DNA of 64,000 nucleotides from an uncultured archaeon (GTDB taxonomy: Archaea; Asgardarchaeota; Jordiarchaeia; Jordiarchaeales; Jordiarchaeaceae). The number at the start of each line of letters is the position of its first letter. Position 1 is the stretch's first letter. The notes under the pieces were generated by a model. That model saw only the letters and a list, made by a program, of their open reading frames with translations. It was not told the DNA's origin and did no database searches. Shown piece after piece: positions 28,569 to 39,187 of this stretch. Position numbers and translations under genes: made by a program. Where the stretch lies: assembly GCA_964510585.1 (NCBI GenBank), contig CAZECW010000004.1, forward strand, positions 3,606 through 67,605, in the 5' to 3' direction.

Positions 28569-29718
28569 TTAGGATACTGGGCGCCAGATAATTCCTAGTT
28601 CATCCGCAGTTTTATATGCTTCCTCCATTTCATCGCTAGTCACTCTTCTACATATATCTGCATATTCCTTCCTTCTTGGTACCTCGTGTGTTGGGTGATA
28701 CTGTTCCATTATGTTAACTAAAGCTTTAGGACAATTTTTAGCCACCCATTCAAGCACTGGTTTGGTGCAACATTCAACGTGTCCCGGTAAAACTAGGTGC
28801 CTTATTATCATACCAGATGTTCCAGGTTCCACGGTCTCATCATAGGCCATCTTGTGATTTCTTGAAACGACTTCCCAGTAGTTAGAAACTTTACTCAACC
28901 TCTCCGCGCATTGATTATTTCCATATTTAAAGTCGGGGAGCCAGAAATCCATAACGTCCAGTAAAAGCTTCATACATTCTTTGGAACAGTACATGTTAGA
29001 ATTCCATAGTTGCACAATGTTTGTTTTAGTTTCCCTGATGCCTTTTAAAATGTTGTAGGTGTTTGGAGTTGGATCTCCACCCACATAATTTATGTTTCTT
29101 GCACCTTCCCTCTTTAGATCTCTTGAGATTCGTGCAAGGCTCTCACCCGAAGTTTCTATACCGTTTTTTGGATTTGTGGAAATGTCATAGTTCTGACAAA
29201 ACACGCATTTAAAAGTGCAACTGGAGAAGAAGAATGCACCGCAAGAGCCTTAACTCTTAAGCGTTTGTGCCTGAAGGAACTAGAGGGGCCTCTTCCCCTG
29301 TATGTATGAATGCTGAGGATACGTAAGACTCGCTACCCAGTTTACAAAATCCTTTTTCACCCTCCAGTCTATTAGCTCCACACCGTCTTTCACAGAAATG
29401 ACACTGTGATAGAATCCTTCTTGCTAGTTCCACCTTAACATCCAAATAAGAAATCTTTGGCGAATCCATGTTTCCCAGTTCCAGTTCACCTGCATCAATC
29501 CGCCTCAAGACACTTCTAAAAACACCACTTATTCTATCATGTTCATCCCAAAGCTTGCCCAGCTCCGCATCTAGCTCCACATCTACACCTACTTTTAAAG
29601 CTATCATAAACTTAGCATAAAGCCTATCATTGAATACCTCATAGTACCTCCAAAGCCTCTCACGAACTATACCGTTATCCCAAACACGGTAAGCATCTGG
29701 GCGAATTAGTTTCCACAT
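28569..29718 (-). CDS. PflX-like radical SAM protein, split into two ORFs by a roughly 13-nt stop-containing insertion just upstream of the CxxxCxxC motif.
   Basis: The upstream ORF ends …HTGEEAPLVPSGTNA*. The downstream frame reads GSCGAFFFSSCTFKCVFCQNYDIS (radical-SAM cluster). The frames differ by +1. The stop in each frame lies beyond that of the other, so the two cannot be joined by a single indel. Confidence 0.6.
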
Positions 29719-29988
29719 ATTTTAACACTCCAACTCTTTAAGTTCTTAATAAAACAGACACAACAAGTAAATATAATTTTTACACAAAACCCCAAATATT
29801 TGCGGTTGTAATGAGGGAGTGCAGACTTATTCGGCTCCATTTCCCCTCAAACAGACTCTATAATAGCTTACTAGAAGCCAATTTTTGAAGCTTAAATGAA
29901 CTATTCTACATCACCATTAGAATGTGGGAAAATACTTAAATGTATATTAAAGCATCAGAAATGAGGATTATAATTTAAAAAGTTATGG

Positions 29989-31071
29989 ATGGCAGATATT
30001 CACGCTGTTCAATTTGAGAACCGAATAGGGTCATTTCTAAAAAGAGTATTGGAGGCTAATTTTTTGACCTGTCACGTCTTGGTGGGCGGCTTCTTCGGAG
30101 ACGAAGGAAAAGGGAAAATTATTTCCTACCTAGCTATAAAGGATAATGCTTCAATATGTGTAAGGGCAGGTGTTGGTACAAACGCGGGACACACAGTCGA
30201 ATACAAAGGTAAAACCTACAAGTTGAGACAGATATCAAGCGGATTCGTCCAAGAAAAGGCCAAAATACTAATCGGACCCGGCGTACTAATTAACCCTGAC
30301 ATTCTAAAAAAGGAGATAGAGGAAACAGGAGTGGGGAACAGAATAAAAATTGATGGGCAGTGCGCAATAATCGAAGCAAAACACATCGAAGAAGACAGAG
30401 GGTCCTCGTTCCTCAAAGAGAAGATTGGGAGTACCGGAAGCGGATGCGGACCTTGTAATGTGGAGAGAGTAATGAGGCGGGCTAAACTGGCAAAGGACAT
30501 CCCAAATCTTTCTCAGTATATCACAGATGTCCCATTGGAGGTTAACACCGCCATCGATGAGGGTAAACATGTTTTAGTGGAGGGAACTCAAGGCACGTTC
30601 CTCTCACTATACCACGGTACTTATCCCTTCGTGACTAGTAAGGATACCACCGCATCTCAAGCTTGTGCAGATGTGGGTGTGGGGCCAACCAAGGTAGACG
30701 AAGTTTTCGTTGTTTTCAAGTCGTATACTACTAGAGTTGGAGCAGGACCTCTCAGTGAAGAATTGTCTGAGGAAGAAGCTAAAAAGAGGGGGTGGTTTGA
30801 AACTGCAACAGTGACTGGAAGGAAAAGAAGAGCGGCGCCCTTCAACTTTGAATTGGCAAAAAGAGCCGTCATGCTAAATGGCGCCACACAGGCCGCCTTG
30901 ACGAAACTTGACGTAATCTATCCAGAATGCGCTGGAGCTAGGTCTATAGAAGACCTGTCCAAAGAGGCCCTCTCCTTCATAAGAAAAATTGAGGAAACAA
31001 TAAAAATTCCCGTAAGCCTCATAGGAACAGGGCCTAACACCATGGATATAATAGACCTCAGAGAAGCATAA
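29989..31071 (+). CDS. purA: Adenylosuccinate synthetase.
   Basis: GDEGKGKI P-loop, GTNAGHTV, TGSGCGP. The true start is probably an internal TTG near 30064 (…TCHVLVGGFFGDEGKGK). Confidence 0.9.
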   Translation: MADIHAVQFENRIGSFLKRVLEANFLTCHVLVGGFFGDEGKGKIISYLAIKDNASICVRAGVGTNAGHTVEYKGKTYKLRQISSGFVQEKAKILIGPGVLINPDILKKEIEETGVGNRIKIDGQCAIIEAKHIEEDRGSSFLKEKIGSTGSGCGPCNVERVMRRAKLAKDIPNLSQYITDVPLEVNTAIDEGKHVLVEGTQGTFLSLYHGTYPFVTSKDTTASQACADVGVGPTKVDEVFVVFKSYTTRVGAGPLSEELSEEEAKKRGWFETATVTGRKRRAAPFNFELAKRAVMLNGATQAALTKLDVIYPECAGARSIEDLSKEALSFIRKIEETIKIPVSLIGTGPNTMDIIDLREA

Positions 31072-31103
31072 TTCTTGATAAAAACGTAAGGGGTATTATG
31101 AAA

Positions 31104-31883
31104 TTAGAGCTTCTCTTTAGAAGTGGTGAGCTGTGGGACTTCTTTTGACATGAAGTTTCTTAAGGCTCTTATTAGTGCATCGACCCCCTCTATCATTGAT
31201 ATTGCTACAGGAATGCGCTCCACTTCTGCTATTTTTACAGCAAGGGGGTCTAGTTTCTTTGGTCCATGAATTATAAGTAGGGATGGCTTCAATGAGCGGG
31301 TGGTTCCCATCTGGCTAGTTTTAATAGCCACCATAGAAGCTCTTCCACTAATCACATTTGTGAATATGGCGGCACGCTGGGGCGTAGCTCCATAGAGTTT
31401 GAGAAGCTGTTCGGAGGAAAGATTGACTATGGCGTTGATGACGTCAATAGCGGTGTATCCATATATCGGTTGGCTTATCAGATCCTTGTTTACAAGTACT
31501 TCGCATTCCAAGTATTCGCATAAAACCTCAGATTTGATGGCGTATGGAAACTCTCTAATATCTAGAATGATGTCTGAAGGAATTTCCTTGGTTATAATTC
31601 TAGTCAAACCATTAACTACTTGGCCGCCCTTCAGGTCGTCTAGATAGACTAAGGCCTCAACAAATTTTTTAATGGTGTCTATCCTGGGGGAAACCCTTCT
31701 ACCACTCTCATAGTCACTAATCACTGAGGGGGAGAGTCCAAGGATATCCGCTAGGTCCTTTTGAGGAATCTGAAACTTTTCTCTCCACTTTCTCATCACT
31801 TTGCCTGGATCATCAGATAATGTTATTTCTCCGGCAATGCTCTGGCATAAACTTTTTTTACCTTCATCGATGGAGCTACGCAT
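31104..31883 (-). CDS. Archaeal XRE-family HTH transcriptional regulator with a C-terminal alpha/beta domain (COG1709-like).
   Basis: HTH segment QKDLADILGLSPSVISDYESGRR followed by a conserved alpha/beta domain of about 170 aa. Confidence 0.5.
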   Translation of the reverse strand: MRSSIDEGKKSLCQSIAGEITLSDDPGKVMRKWREKFQIPQKDLADILGLSPSVISDYESGRRVSPRIDTIKKFVEALVYLDDLKGGQVVNGLTRIITKEIPSDIILDIREFPYAIKSEVLCEYLECEVLVNKDLISQPIYGYTAIDVINAIVNLSSEQLLKLYGATPQRAAIFTNVISGRASMVAIKTSQMGTTRSLKPSLLIIHGPKKLDPLAVKIAEVERIPVAISMIEGVDALIRALRNFMSKEVPQLTTSKEKL

Positions 31884-32151
31884 AGACTATGAACACTCCT
31901 TTGAAAAATAGTTTAATGGTTTAAAGCATTTATGGGATAGAATATAAGTCTTTCGACGAATGTTGAAAAAAATTCTAATATTGTCGAATAGACCCTCTAT
32001 AAAACGGCAATATTATTTGGGAAATTTATAGGTCAAACTTTTTTATAAATAAAATCTGTTTTAAATTGTTTAAAATTTTTATGCTGATTTTTTCAAAATT
32101 TTTAAATAGTATTAGAAAATTTTATCAGTTTTGTGTTATTCTTCTTTGTAT

Positions 32152-32697
32152 TTATTGGAGCTTTTTTATTATGTTATCGAGATTATCGATATCAGATTTG
32201 AGCACGTTTTGAAGATGCTTCAAAGCGAAATTGTGATCTTCATCTGTTAGTGCGGCCACACAGTCCCTTGGAACTATTACTTTGTATCCGAGTAGGGTGG
32301 CGCTGCTACCCGTGTGTAGAATGCAGATATCGGTACACACTCCCGTTAATACCACCGTGTCTATTTTCTTACTTTTTAGAATTTTTTCTAGGTTCGTTCT
32401 AAAGAAACCGTCATAGGTTTTTTTCTTAACTATTATGTCCCCCTTCTGGGGCTTTAGCTCATCTATAACTTCAGAACCTTTAGTTTTTTCTACAGCGTGT
32501 GGTGGCCATATTTGGAATTCTCGATCATCAGGGTCATGGCTATCCGCTATGAATATTACGGGGATTTTTTTGTTCCTTGCATGTTCTATGAGTTTCTTTA
32601 TAGGGGTTATTATTTTCCTTCCAGCAGAACATTCTAGGGGTGCTCCTTCCAGAATAAAATCATTTAGCATATCTATGACCAAGATTGCAGGCTTCAT
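32152..32697 (-). CDS. Isochorismatase-family hydrolase (nicotinamidase-like).
   Basis: ILVIDMLNDF (catalytic D), K in IVKKKTYDGFF, catalytic C in LTGVCTDICI. Confidence 0.8.
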   Translation of the reverse strand: MKPAILVIDMLNDFILEGAPLECSAGRKIITPIKKLIEHARNKKIPVIFIADSHDPDDREFQIWPPHAVEKTKGSEVIDELKPQKGDIIVKKKTYDGFFRTNLEKILKSKKIDTVVLTGVCTDICILHTGSSATLLGYKVIVPRDCVAALTDEDHNFALKHLQNVLKSDIDNLDNIIKKLQ

Positions 32698-32700
32698 TTC

Positions 32701-34392
32701 TCAGCCTCCTCCAAATTTTTTAATTTTTTCTACGAATAACTCGAGACTGCACTCAAAAGCTCCTACAGGATACTCCAAATCAAAATTATTTAACACTTCT
32801 GGGTGAATTTCACCAACGTGTCCTATGATTTTTCCATCAGCTTCGATTGAAGCCACCCGTCCCTCCATGAAACTTGGGTGGGAGATTGGGCGGAATTTCC
32901 ACTGTTTACATCCTAATTCTCTTAGGAGGGCCTCTGCGATAGCCTTTATGTCAGTGAATCCCACCTCAGTGTCGGTAATGGCTGCTGCGACGTTTAGTTG
33001 GCGTCGAGCACTAGTTTCAGCTTCGGGATCATAAAATACAATGTCGCCCACCTCAAATATTTTTTGAGGAAGGGCCTCGTGCTTGTTAATTTTTAGAATC
33101 TTAATTAGTCCTGGAAGTAGGGCATCTCTAACCATGTTAAATTCCACACTCACAGGGTTAAGCAGCTCTACTGGTTTACCTTTCGTTCGCATGTAATCAT
33201 AGTGTTCTCTAAAATTTGTTAACGTGAAGCTAATAACTTCATTAAGCCCCAGCCCCACCAGCACGCTTTTTACAATGTTTGATAATTTCTGGTAGGGATG
33301 AGCTTCAGCAATAGTCAAGGTTTTGGGAAAAGTTGGTTTCAAATTATAAAGGCCATAACCTATAGCTACCTCTTCCACAAAGTCTACTTCGTGCATAATA
33401 TCGTGGCGATATGCTGGAACACGCACATTTATCTTGCCACCATTGTACTCTGCTTCCATACGAACTTTTTCTAGGGATTTAATAATTTCTTGTATGGAAA
33501 GTTCTAGTCCCAGTAAGCGGTTTACATAATCAGGATGTATCGACCAAGTTTTGGGTGTGAGGTCAGGTGTTGTGATAACTTTGTCAGAGTATTCTACTTT
33601 CACACTCTCTATTTTAGCGCCCCCCTCTGCTAACGAAGTTACGAGAATGTTTAGTGTACTGGTAACATCTTTCATTGTAGTCCCAGTTACATCTATGAAA
33701 AGATTTCTAGTTTCCTCTGTGAGTTGGGTCAAAATGCCATTAATTATGGGGGGGAAGGATAAGACGTTGTTGTTAACATCGGTGATGATGGGATACTTGG
33801 GTTTTCCCTCCATTATGTGGGCGTAGTCCCTACCCTTTGGATGTTTCATCAAAATTTCTCTAGGAGTAAGTTCCACCGCCCAGTTAAGAGGAATAAATTT
33901 TATTCCCTCAGGATCCACAGCTCGATACTCGAAGGGGGGTTTAACCTTGTCAAAATCATGAATCCCTATAGAAGATTTTACCCTATCTCTACCTATAGCC
34001 CAATGCAGGTCTTCTTGCATTCCTATAAGTTCAACTATGTTTTCATTGTTAAGTGAAACATTCCTAACTATTGCACAGACTATGTATGGTCTAATCTCTG
34101 CTAATGCTGGATCCACCCTCACTACTACGCCGCTCTCGGTAATCTTGTATTTTGGAAGCCCAGTCTCTATTTCCATAAATCCTCGGAGAGCCCGAGCAAT
34201 TCCTTCCTGGCTTGAAAAGTCTGGACGATTAGGATTATATTCGACCTTAAGATAATCTTGTGCCTTCTCTTCAATGTCCAGTCCCAGCCAGGGAACATTC
34301 TTTTCAAGTTCATCGGAATCAATTTTTCTTCCCAATAATTCACTCATTCGATTGCAAGTTAGGGTTATTACTGGAATTTTAACCTCCTCCAA
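32701..34392 (-). CDS. pheT: Phenylalanyl-tRNA synthetase beta subunit (archaeal type).
   Basis: 563 aa with B3/B4 and B5 domains. Immediately downstream of pheS. Confidence 0.9.
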   Translation of the reverse strand: MEEVKIPVITLTCNRMSELLGRKIDSDELEKNVPWLGLDIEEKAQDYLKVEYNPNRPDFSSQEGIARALRGFMEIETGLPKYKITESGVVVRVDPALAEIRPYIVCAIVRNVSLNNENIVELIGMQEDLHWAIGRDRVKSSIGIHDFDKVKPPFEYRAVDPEGIKFIPLNWAVELTPREILMKHPKGRDYAHIMEGKPKYPIITDVNNNVLSFPPIINGILTQLTEETRNLFIDVTGTTMKDVTSTLNILVTSLAEGGAKIESVKVEYSDKVITTPDLTPKTWSIHPDYVNRLLGLELSIQEIIKSLEKVRMEAEYNGGKINVRVPAYRHDIMHEVDFVEEVAIGYGLYNLKPTFPKTLTIAEAHPYQKLSNIVKSVLVGLGLNEVISFTLTNFREHYDYMRTKGKPVELLNPVSVEFNMVRDALLPGLIKILKINKHEALPQKIFEVGDIVFYDPEAETSARRQLNVAAAITDTEVGFTDIKAIAEALLRELGCKQWKFRPISHPSFMEGRVASIEADGKIIGHVGEIHPEVLNNFDLEYPVGAFECSLELFVEKIKKFGGG

Positions 34393-34398
34393 TAAGTT

Positions 34399-35922
34399 CT
34401 ATAAGAGAATGGGGGTTCTTCTAATCCACCCTAAATCGTTTTTGTAGAGATCTCTTATGTCCTCTAAACCTAGGCGAAGCATAGCGAGCCTTTCAAAACC
34501 TCCGCCCCAAGCTAGAACAGGAACTTTTACGCCTAGTGGAATCGTTACTTCGGGGCGAAAGATACCCATCCCGCAGAGTTCTATCCAACCAAACTCTTCT
34601 ACGTAAACAGTGGATTGCAGTGATGGCTCTGTGTATGGGAAATAGCTGGGCCAGAACTGTACCTTCTCGAAACCTAAACGTTTATAAAACTCGGTTAAGG
34701 TTCCCATTAGGTCTCTAAGTGTCACATTTTCGTCCACAATGATACCCTCTATTTGAAAGAATTCTGCTAAATGTTTGTAGTCCAGTTTTTCGTTTCTGTA
34801 GACTCTGTCAACGGAAAAAACCTTTACTGGAGGTTCGGGGTGCTCCGCCAAGTAGCGAATTGTTGTTGCAGTAGTGTGAGTTCTCAGAATAGTTTGGCGA
34901 GCTACATTGGCATCCCATTTGTAGCCCCACCCAATTGAACCAGTTTTCCACCCATTTTCGTGGGTTTTTGACACCCTTTGAACTATTTGTTTATCCGGAA
35001 GCTTGGCGGTTTTGGGAAACTTTAGATAGAATGTATCATGCATTTCGCGTGCTGGATGATCCTGTGGTTGGAACAAGGCGTCAAAATTCCAAAAAGCGGA
35101 CTCTACAAAAGGTCCCCTTATTTCGGTAAACCCCAAATTCAAAAAGATCTCTCTAATTTCGTTAATCAATTCTGCTACAGGGTGAATTTTTCCCGGGTGA
35201 ATCGTTACTACTGGGGCTTCAACATCATACTTCCTAAATTTGGTACTTCGCCATTTTCCCGACTTTATGAGATCCGAAGTGAGGATGCTGACTTCCTCAA
35301 CAACACTAACCCCTGATTGAGCAAGTCTTCTCCCCTCCTCAGTTATAATCAGAGAACGAACCTTTTCTTGGCGTATTTTAATTAAATTTCTTTTTTGAAG
35401 GGAATCAAGCATTTTCTTCATTTTGTTTGGAAGCTGAGATTCCTCTACCACACCTCTATCATTCAACAATTTTAATAGGTTCTCATCGTCCCCTAGAGGG
35501 GGCATCTCCTTAACACTTATGAGAGTTTCACTATCTTGTTTCTTAAATTCTGCCCAATTTTTTCTCCGAAGCCACCCCAGAGCTATTTTTAAATCCTCCT
35601 CGGAGAAACTGGCTTCTTTAGAAAGTTGGGATAAAGTGGCGTTGCCCCCCAACTTTAATACAATATTTAAAAGCCTCCGCTCCGGAAGCCCTTCTTCCAC
35701 GTATTTGGAGCCCTCTTTGAGTATTTCCACGTAGAGTTTTTGTGTTTCTCTCTGCTCCACTAAACCCTTTTCGCCCAGCCATGCTGAGGCTCTAGCCACC
35801 GCAACATGGTCTAGCCCCGTTTCTTTCTCTAAATCGCTGATTGTGGTTTCACCTTTGCTCTTGTTTAAGGCTTTTAGAATTTTAAGCTCTATTTCTCGTA
35901 ACTTTACCTGTTCCTTTACCAT
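34399..35922 (-). CDS. pheS: Phenylalanyl-tRNA synthetase alpha subunit.
   Basis: Class II motifs (FRPEVTIP…, GGGFERLAMLRLG motif 3) with an N-terminal winged-helix extension. Confidence 0.9.
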   Translation of the reverse strand: MVKEQVKLREIELKILKALNKSKGETTISDLEKETGLDHVAVARASAWLGEKGLVEQRETQKLYVEILKEGSKYVEEGLPERRLLNIVLKLGGNATLSQLSKEASFSEEDLKIALGWLRRKNWAEFKKQDSETLISVKEMPPLGDDENLLKLLNDRGVVEESQLPNKMKKMLDSLQKRNLIKIRQEKVRSLIITEEGRRLAQSGVSVVEEVSILTSDLIKSGKWRSTKFRKYDVEAPVVTIHPGKIHPVAELINEIREIFLNLGFTEIRGPFVESAFWNFDALFQPQDHPAREMHDTFYLKFPKTAKLPDKQIVQRVSKTHENGWKTGSIGWGYKWDANVARQTILRTHTTATTIRYLAEHPEPPVKVFSVDRVYRNEKLDYKHLAEFFQIEGIIVDENVTLRDLMGTLTEFYKRLGFEKVQFWPSYFPYTEPSLQSTVYVEEFGWIELCGMGIFRPEVTIPLGVKVPVLAWGGGFERLAMLRLGLEDIRDLYKNDLGWIRRTPILL

Positions 35923-36155
35923 GTCTTTTCCTCCAGAGAGTAAACAACAGAGGCTGGCAACTAATTACTGGCTCAGCGTTAACCAAACGTTGAGAAATCT
36001 TAAAAAAATTTGGGTTATCCTTCTTAAGAACTCTCATAAATATTTTTGGTAACATTATAGAAAATGTTGTGAGGGGCATTTGTCAGAAGCATAGTCAAAA
36101 ACAATGTATTAATAATATTTGTTTCGCATAATATTTTTGTAACTTAAAAATTGGT

Positions 36156-36629
36156 TTATTTCAATAAGTTTCCCTGTTCATTGATTTTTCCTTCGCGAAT
36201 TCTTGTACTTGAAATGCGTTGTCCATCTTGGGCTAGAATAAGGGGTACTAGAACAATTTCTAGAGGGGGTAATCCTTTTTCTTCACGTATTATGTTAATT
36301 TTTTTAACTCCGGGCAGGGTTTCTTCGGTTGCAACCAAGGCTTCTAAACCCGCATCCATTATAGCTGGACCATAAGGATCGTCCAGGCTTATTATTTCAG
36401 CCCTATCAAGGTAACCTTCTTCTTTGAGAAAGTTCTCCAATTTTTTCTTTCTCACCTCGTAGGGTTCTATCTTGTTTGCCAGAGTCTTGTGCTGCGCCAT
36501 TCTGCTTGTGGTCAGCCCAATCATTACGCGTTCGCTGACCTCGAAGGCCTTACGTATCAGAGCTTTGTGCCCAATATGAAGCCTGTCAAAAGTCCCCGAA
36601 ACTCCAACTAATCTAAAACGGTAAAGCAT
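36156..36629 (-). CDS. coaD: Archaeal phosphopantetheine adenylyltransferase (cytidylyltransferase fold).
   Basis: GTFDRLHIGH nucleotidyltransferase HxGH motif. 157 aa. Confidence 0.75.
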   Translation of the reverse strand: MLYRFRLVGVSGTFDRLHIGHKALIRKAFEVSERVMIGLTTSRMAQHKTLANKIEPYEVRKKKLENFLKEEGYLDRAEIISLDDPYGPAIMDAGLEALVATEETLPGVKKINIIREEKGLPPLEIVLVPLILAQDGQRISSTRIREGKINEQGNLLK

Positions 36630-36728
36630 AGTACCTTCTCCAACATTACTATTATACTGGTAACAATTATATATACATCTTCACAGAACACTTAACGAAT
36701 TAAAACTATTATAGAGAGGATATAAATA

Positions 36729-37610
36729 ATGCTTGAAGCTAATATTTTAGAGTCTTATAGAGCGGCCGGCGATATAGCGGCGAAGATTAGAGAAGAAGCC
36801 GGAAAAATCGTAAAGGAGGGGACGCCACTAATAAAAATCTGTGATGCACTCGAGAAGAGAATAATAAAGGAGGGAGGAAAGCCTGCTTTCCCACTAAACA
36901 TTTCACTAAACGATGTAGCCGCCCATTACACCTCACCTCCTGATGATAAAACGACTATCCCCCCCAAGGCCCTAGTTAAAGTGGATATTGGAGTTCAGGT
37001 TGAAGGCTACATCGCCGATACAGCCGTTACAATCAGTGTAGGTAAGGTGGGAATGGAACTAATCAAGGCATCAGAACTAGCTCTCGAAAACGCACTGAAA
37101 ACAATAAAACACGGAGTAAAATCTAGCAGTATAGGAGAAATTATTGAAAAAACCATAAAAGAATTCGGCTTTAAACCCATCTCCAACCTAACCGGCCATC
37201 TACTAGAAAAGTATAATCTACACGCGGGAAAATCCATTCCAAATGTGAAGACAAAGATAGGATTTGTTCTAAAGGAGGGAGAAGTTTACGCCATGGAGCC
37301 CTTCGCCACCACAGGGGAGGGAATAGTGGAAGACTCCAAGTACGCCTACATTTACCGCCTGCCCAGCCCCAAAACATCAACACAATTTTTATCATACATT
37401 GCTCGAGAGTTTAAAACATTGCCTTTCGCAGCCCGATGGCTAATCTACAAGTTTCCAAGAAACAAAATAGAGGAACTCATCAGAAAGTTTGTGTCGGCAC
37501 AAATAATTCAAGCCTACCCAGTTTTAGTGGAAAGAGGGAAGGGAACGGTTTCCCAAGCTGAACACACATTTATCGTTAAAAGGAATGGGTGCGAAATAAT
37601 CTCTGCTTAG
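36729..37610 (+). CDS. map: Methionine aminopeptidase, type 2.
   Basis: Pita-bread fold metal ligands (D…D…H…E…E) in the archaeal MAP2 arrangement. 293 aa. Confidence 0.9.
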   Translation: MLEANILESYRAAGDIAAKIREEAGKIVKEGTPLIKICDALEKRIIKEGGKPAFPLNISLNDVAAHYTSPPDDKTTIPPKALVKVDIGVQVEGYIADTAVTISVGKVGMELIKASELALENALKTIKHGVKSSSIGEIIEKTIKEFGFKPISNLTGHLLEKYNLHAGKSIPNVKTKIGFVLKEGEVYAMEPFATTGEGIVEDSKYAYIYRLPSPKTSTQFLSYIAREFKTLPFAARWLIYKFPRNKIEELIRKFVSAQIIQAYPVLVERGKGTVSQAEHTFIVKRNGCEIISA

Positions 37611-38029
37611 TACTCCTCCTCCTTCTCCTCGATCTTAGACATGGGAACAGAGTAGATGGCACTTATGTATATTTCAGCATTACAAGCTTTGCAAGCCCCA
37701 ATTTTTTTGAAAACGTAGTCACCCTTATGGAAATCTCTAACCTCCCTATAATCACAACCATAACATTTCAAAACTGTCACAGTCTTATATTCCACGGCAG
37801 GCTTGGAGCGGGAAAACAATATCATAGGATAAACCGCAATAAGAAACGCGAAAAAAGCGTATAGCAATCTCTGATTCCTAACACCCGTAAACAAGTCCCA
37901 AAAAAGATCACTCAGCGAAGGATTAAAGTAAAGATATAGTATGTACACACCAACGGCTGCGACTCCCGCCGAGAACGCAAATAAAGCCAAATTGAATATC
38001 CTTCTCCTTCTCTGCGACACAACAATCAC
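37607..38029 (-). CDS. Hypothetical membrane protein with a C-terminal CxxC…CxxC zinc-ribbon.
   Basis: Two TM helices, then CYGCDY…CKACN. Confidence 0.35.
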   Translation of the reverse strand: MIVVSQRRRRIFNLALFAFSAGVAAVGVYILYLYFNPSLSDLFWDLFTGVRNQRLLYAFFAFLIAVYPMILFSRSKPAVEYKTVTVLKCYGCDYREVRDFHKGDYVFKKIGACKACNAEIYISAIYSVPMSKIEEKEEEY

Positions 38030-38035
38030 CCAATT

Positions 38036-39187
38036 TTAACCTATACCTATACAGTTACCTATTCCCGCAACAATAACCGTGTCACCGGGCTTGGTGCGTT
38101 CAAGAATCATGTTTTTTACACGCTCAGCAGCTTTATAGGCCCCATCATAAATTTCTTTTTTCATAGGCGTCAAAGCTTCCTCAATAGACATTTTAATTAT
38201 AACTGCATCCACAGGAACCTTCTGACTCGTTACCTCCTGCTCTATCTTAAACTTGTCAACACCCGGCCCACCAATAGCAGCCCCGACGCCCTCCACCACT
38301 TTACCAGTCTTCTCACCTTCAAATTTCAACCCGGCGTCAATCATAATAACTCTAGCAATTTTTCCGTTAGCTTCCTTAATAAGGTTAACAATAGCGTCAC
38401 CTGGCTTTCCAACTCGCCCTCCCGGGCCGATGGCTCTCACAATTAATACATTTCTACCCTCGAAAGTTATGGGAGTTAAGGAAATGTCTTCAGCAATTTC
38501 ACTGGACTCAGCGTTCCCATCCTTCACAAATTCATTTTTGAAAATAGAAGCAACAAGAGCGCCAGCACCGTCACCTATAGGCTGACCCTCATTAAAAGCC
38601 TTCAAAGCATTGTAATAGGCCTTAGCATACTTCATAATAAATGACAACGCAACCTGAATACTCACAATCATGGCATAATTATTAGTCTCCTTACCCATAT
38701 AGTAGAAGTGCCTAATAACCAGAAACATCTGACGCAAAGCCATAGCAGCCTCAAAAGTCATATCAATATTAGCCCTCTGATCACGATCAGCCGCAGGCGC
38801 CAACTTAGCAATAAGATCATCAAACCTAGACTTCCTCACATCAAGCAGATGTTCAAGCCTCTTAAAAACACCTGAAGGATCACGCTCCACAGGCTCAATC
38901 AAAACAAACTCCATATAATCCTCCACAATAGGTGTAGGATCCTTCTCCGGCTTACCCAACTCCCTAATCATCCTAATAGTAGTCTTTTTAGCCTCCTCAG
39001 ACCACTTCTCAAGCTGAGTTATAACCTCTCGAATCTGTGCCAAATACTGCATACTCTGAACTTTCAAAATTAGACCACTGAAAATCATAAATATAAAGAA
39101 GACAAATATCAGAATATTCATGATGAGAATGTATGGATCAGAATAGCCAAACGGCAACTGCAGTGAGGGAAACAACATAACCATCAC
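38036..39187 (-). CDS. Conserved archaeal membrane-anchored protein (DUF1512-like).
   Basis: N-terminal TM helix, then a soluble domain of about 330 aa with glycine-rich loops (IGPGGRVGKPGD, GAAIGGPGVD). Confidence 0.4.
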   Translation of the reverse strand: MMVMLFPSLQLPFGYSDPYILIMNILIFVFFIFMIFSGLILKVQSMQYLAQIREVITQLEKWSEEAKKTTIRMIRELGKPEKDPTPIVEDYMEFVLIEPVERDPSGVFKRLEHLLDVRKSRFDDLIAKLAPAADRDQRANIDMTFEAAMALRQMFLVIRHFYYMGKETNNYAMIVSIQVALSFIMKYAKAYYNALKAFNEGQPIGDGAGALVASIFKNEFVKDGNAESSEIAEDISLTPITFEGRNVLIVRAIGPGGRVGKPGDAIVNLIKEANGKIARVIMIDAGLKFEGEKTGKVVEGVGAAIGGPGVDKFKIEQEVTSQKVPVDAVIIKMSIEEALTPMKKEIYDGAYKAAERVKNMILERTKPGDTVIVAGIGNCIGIG

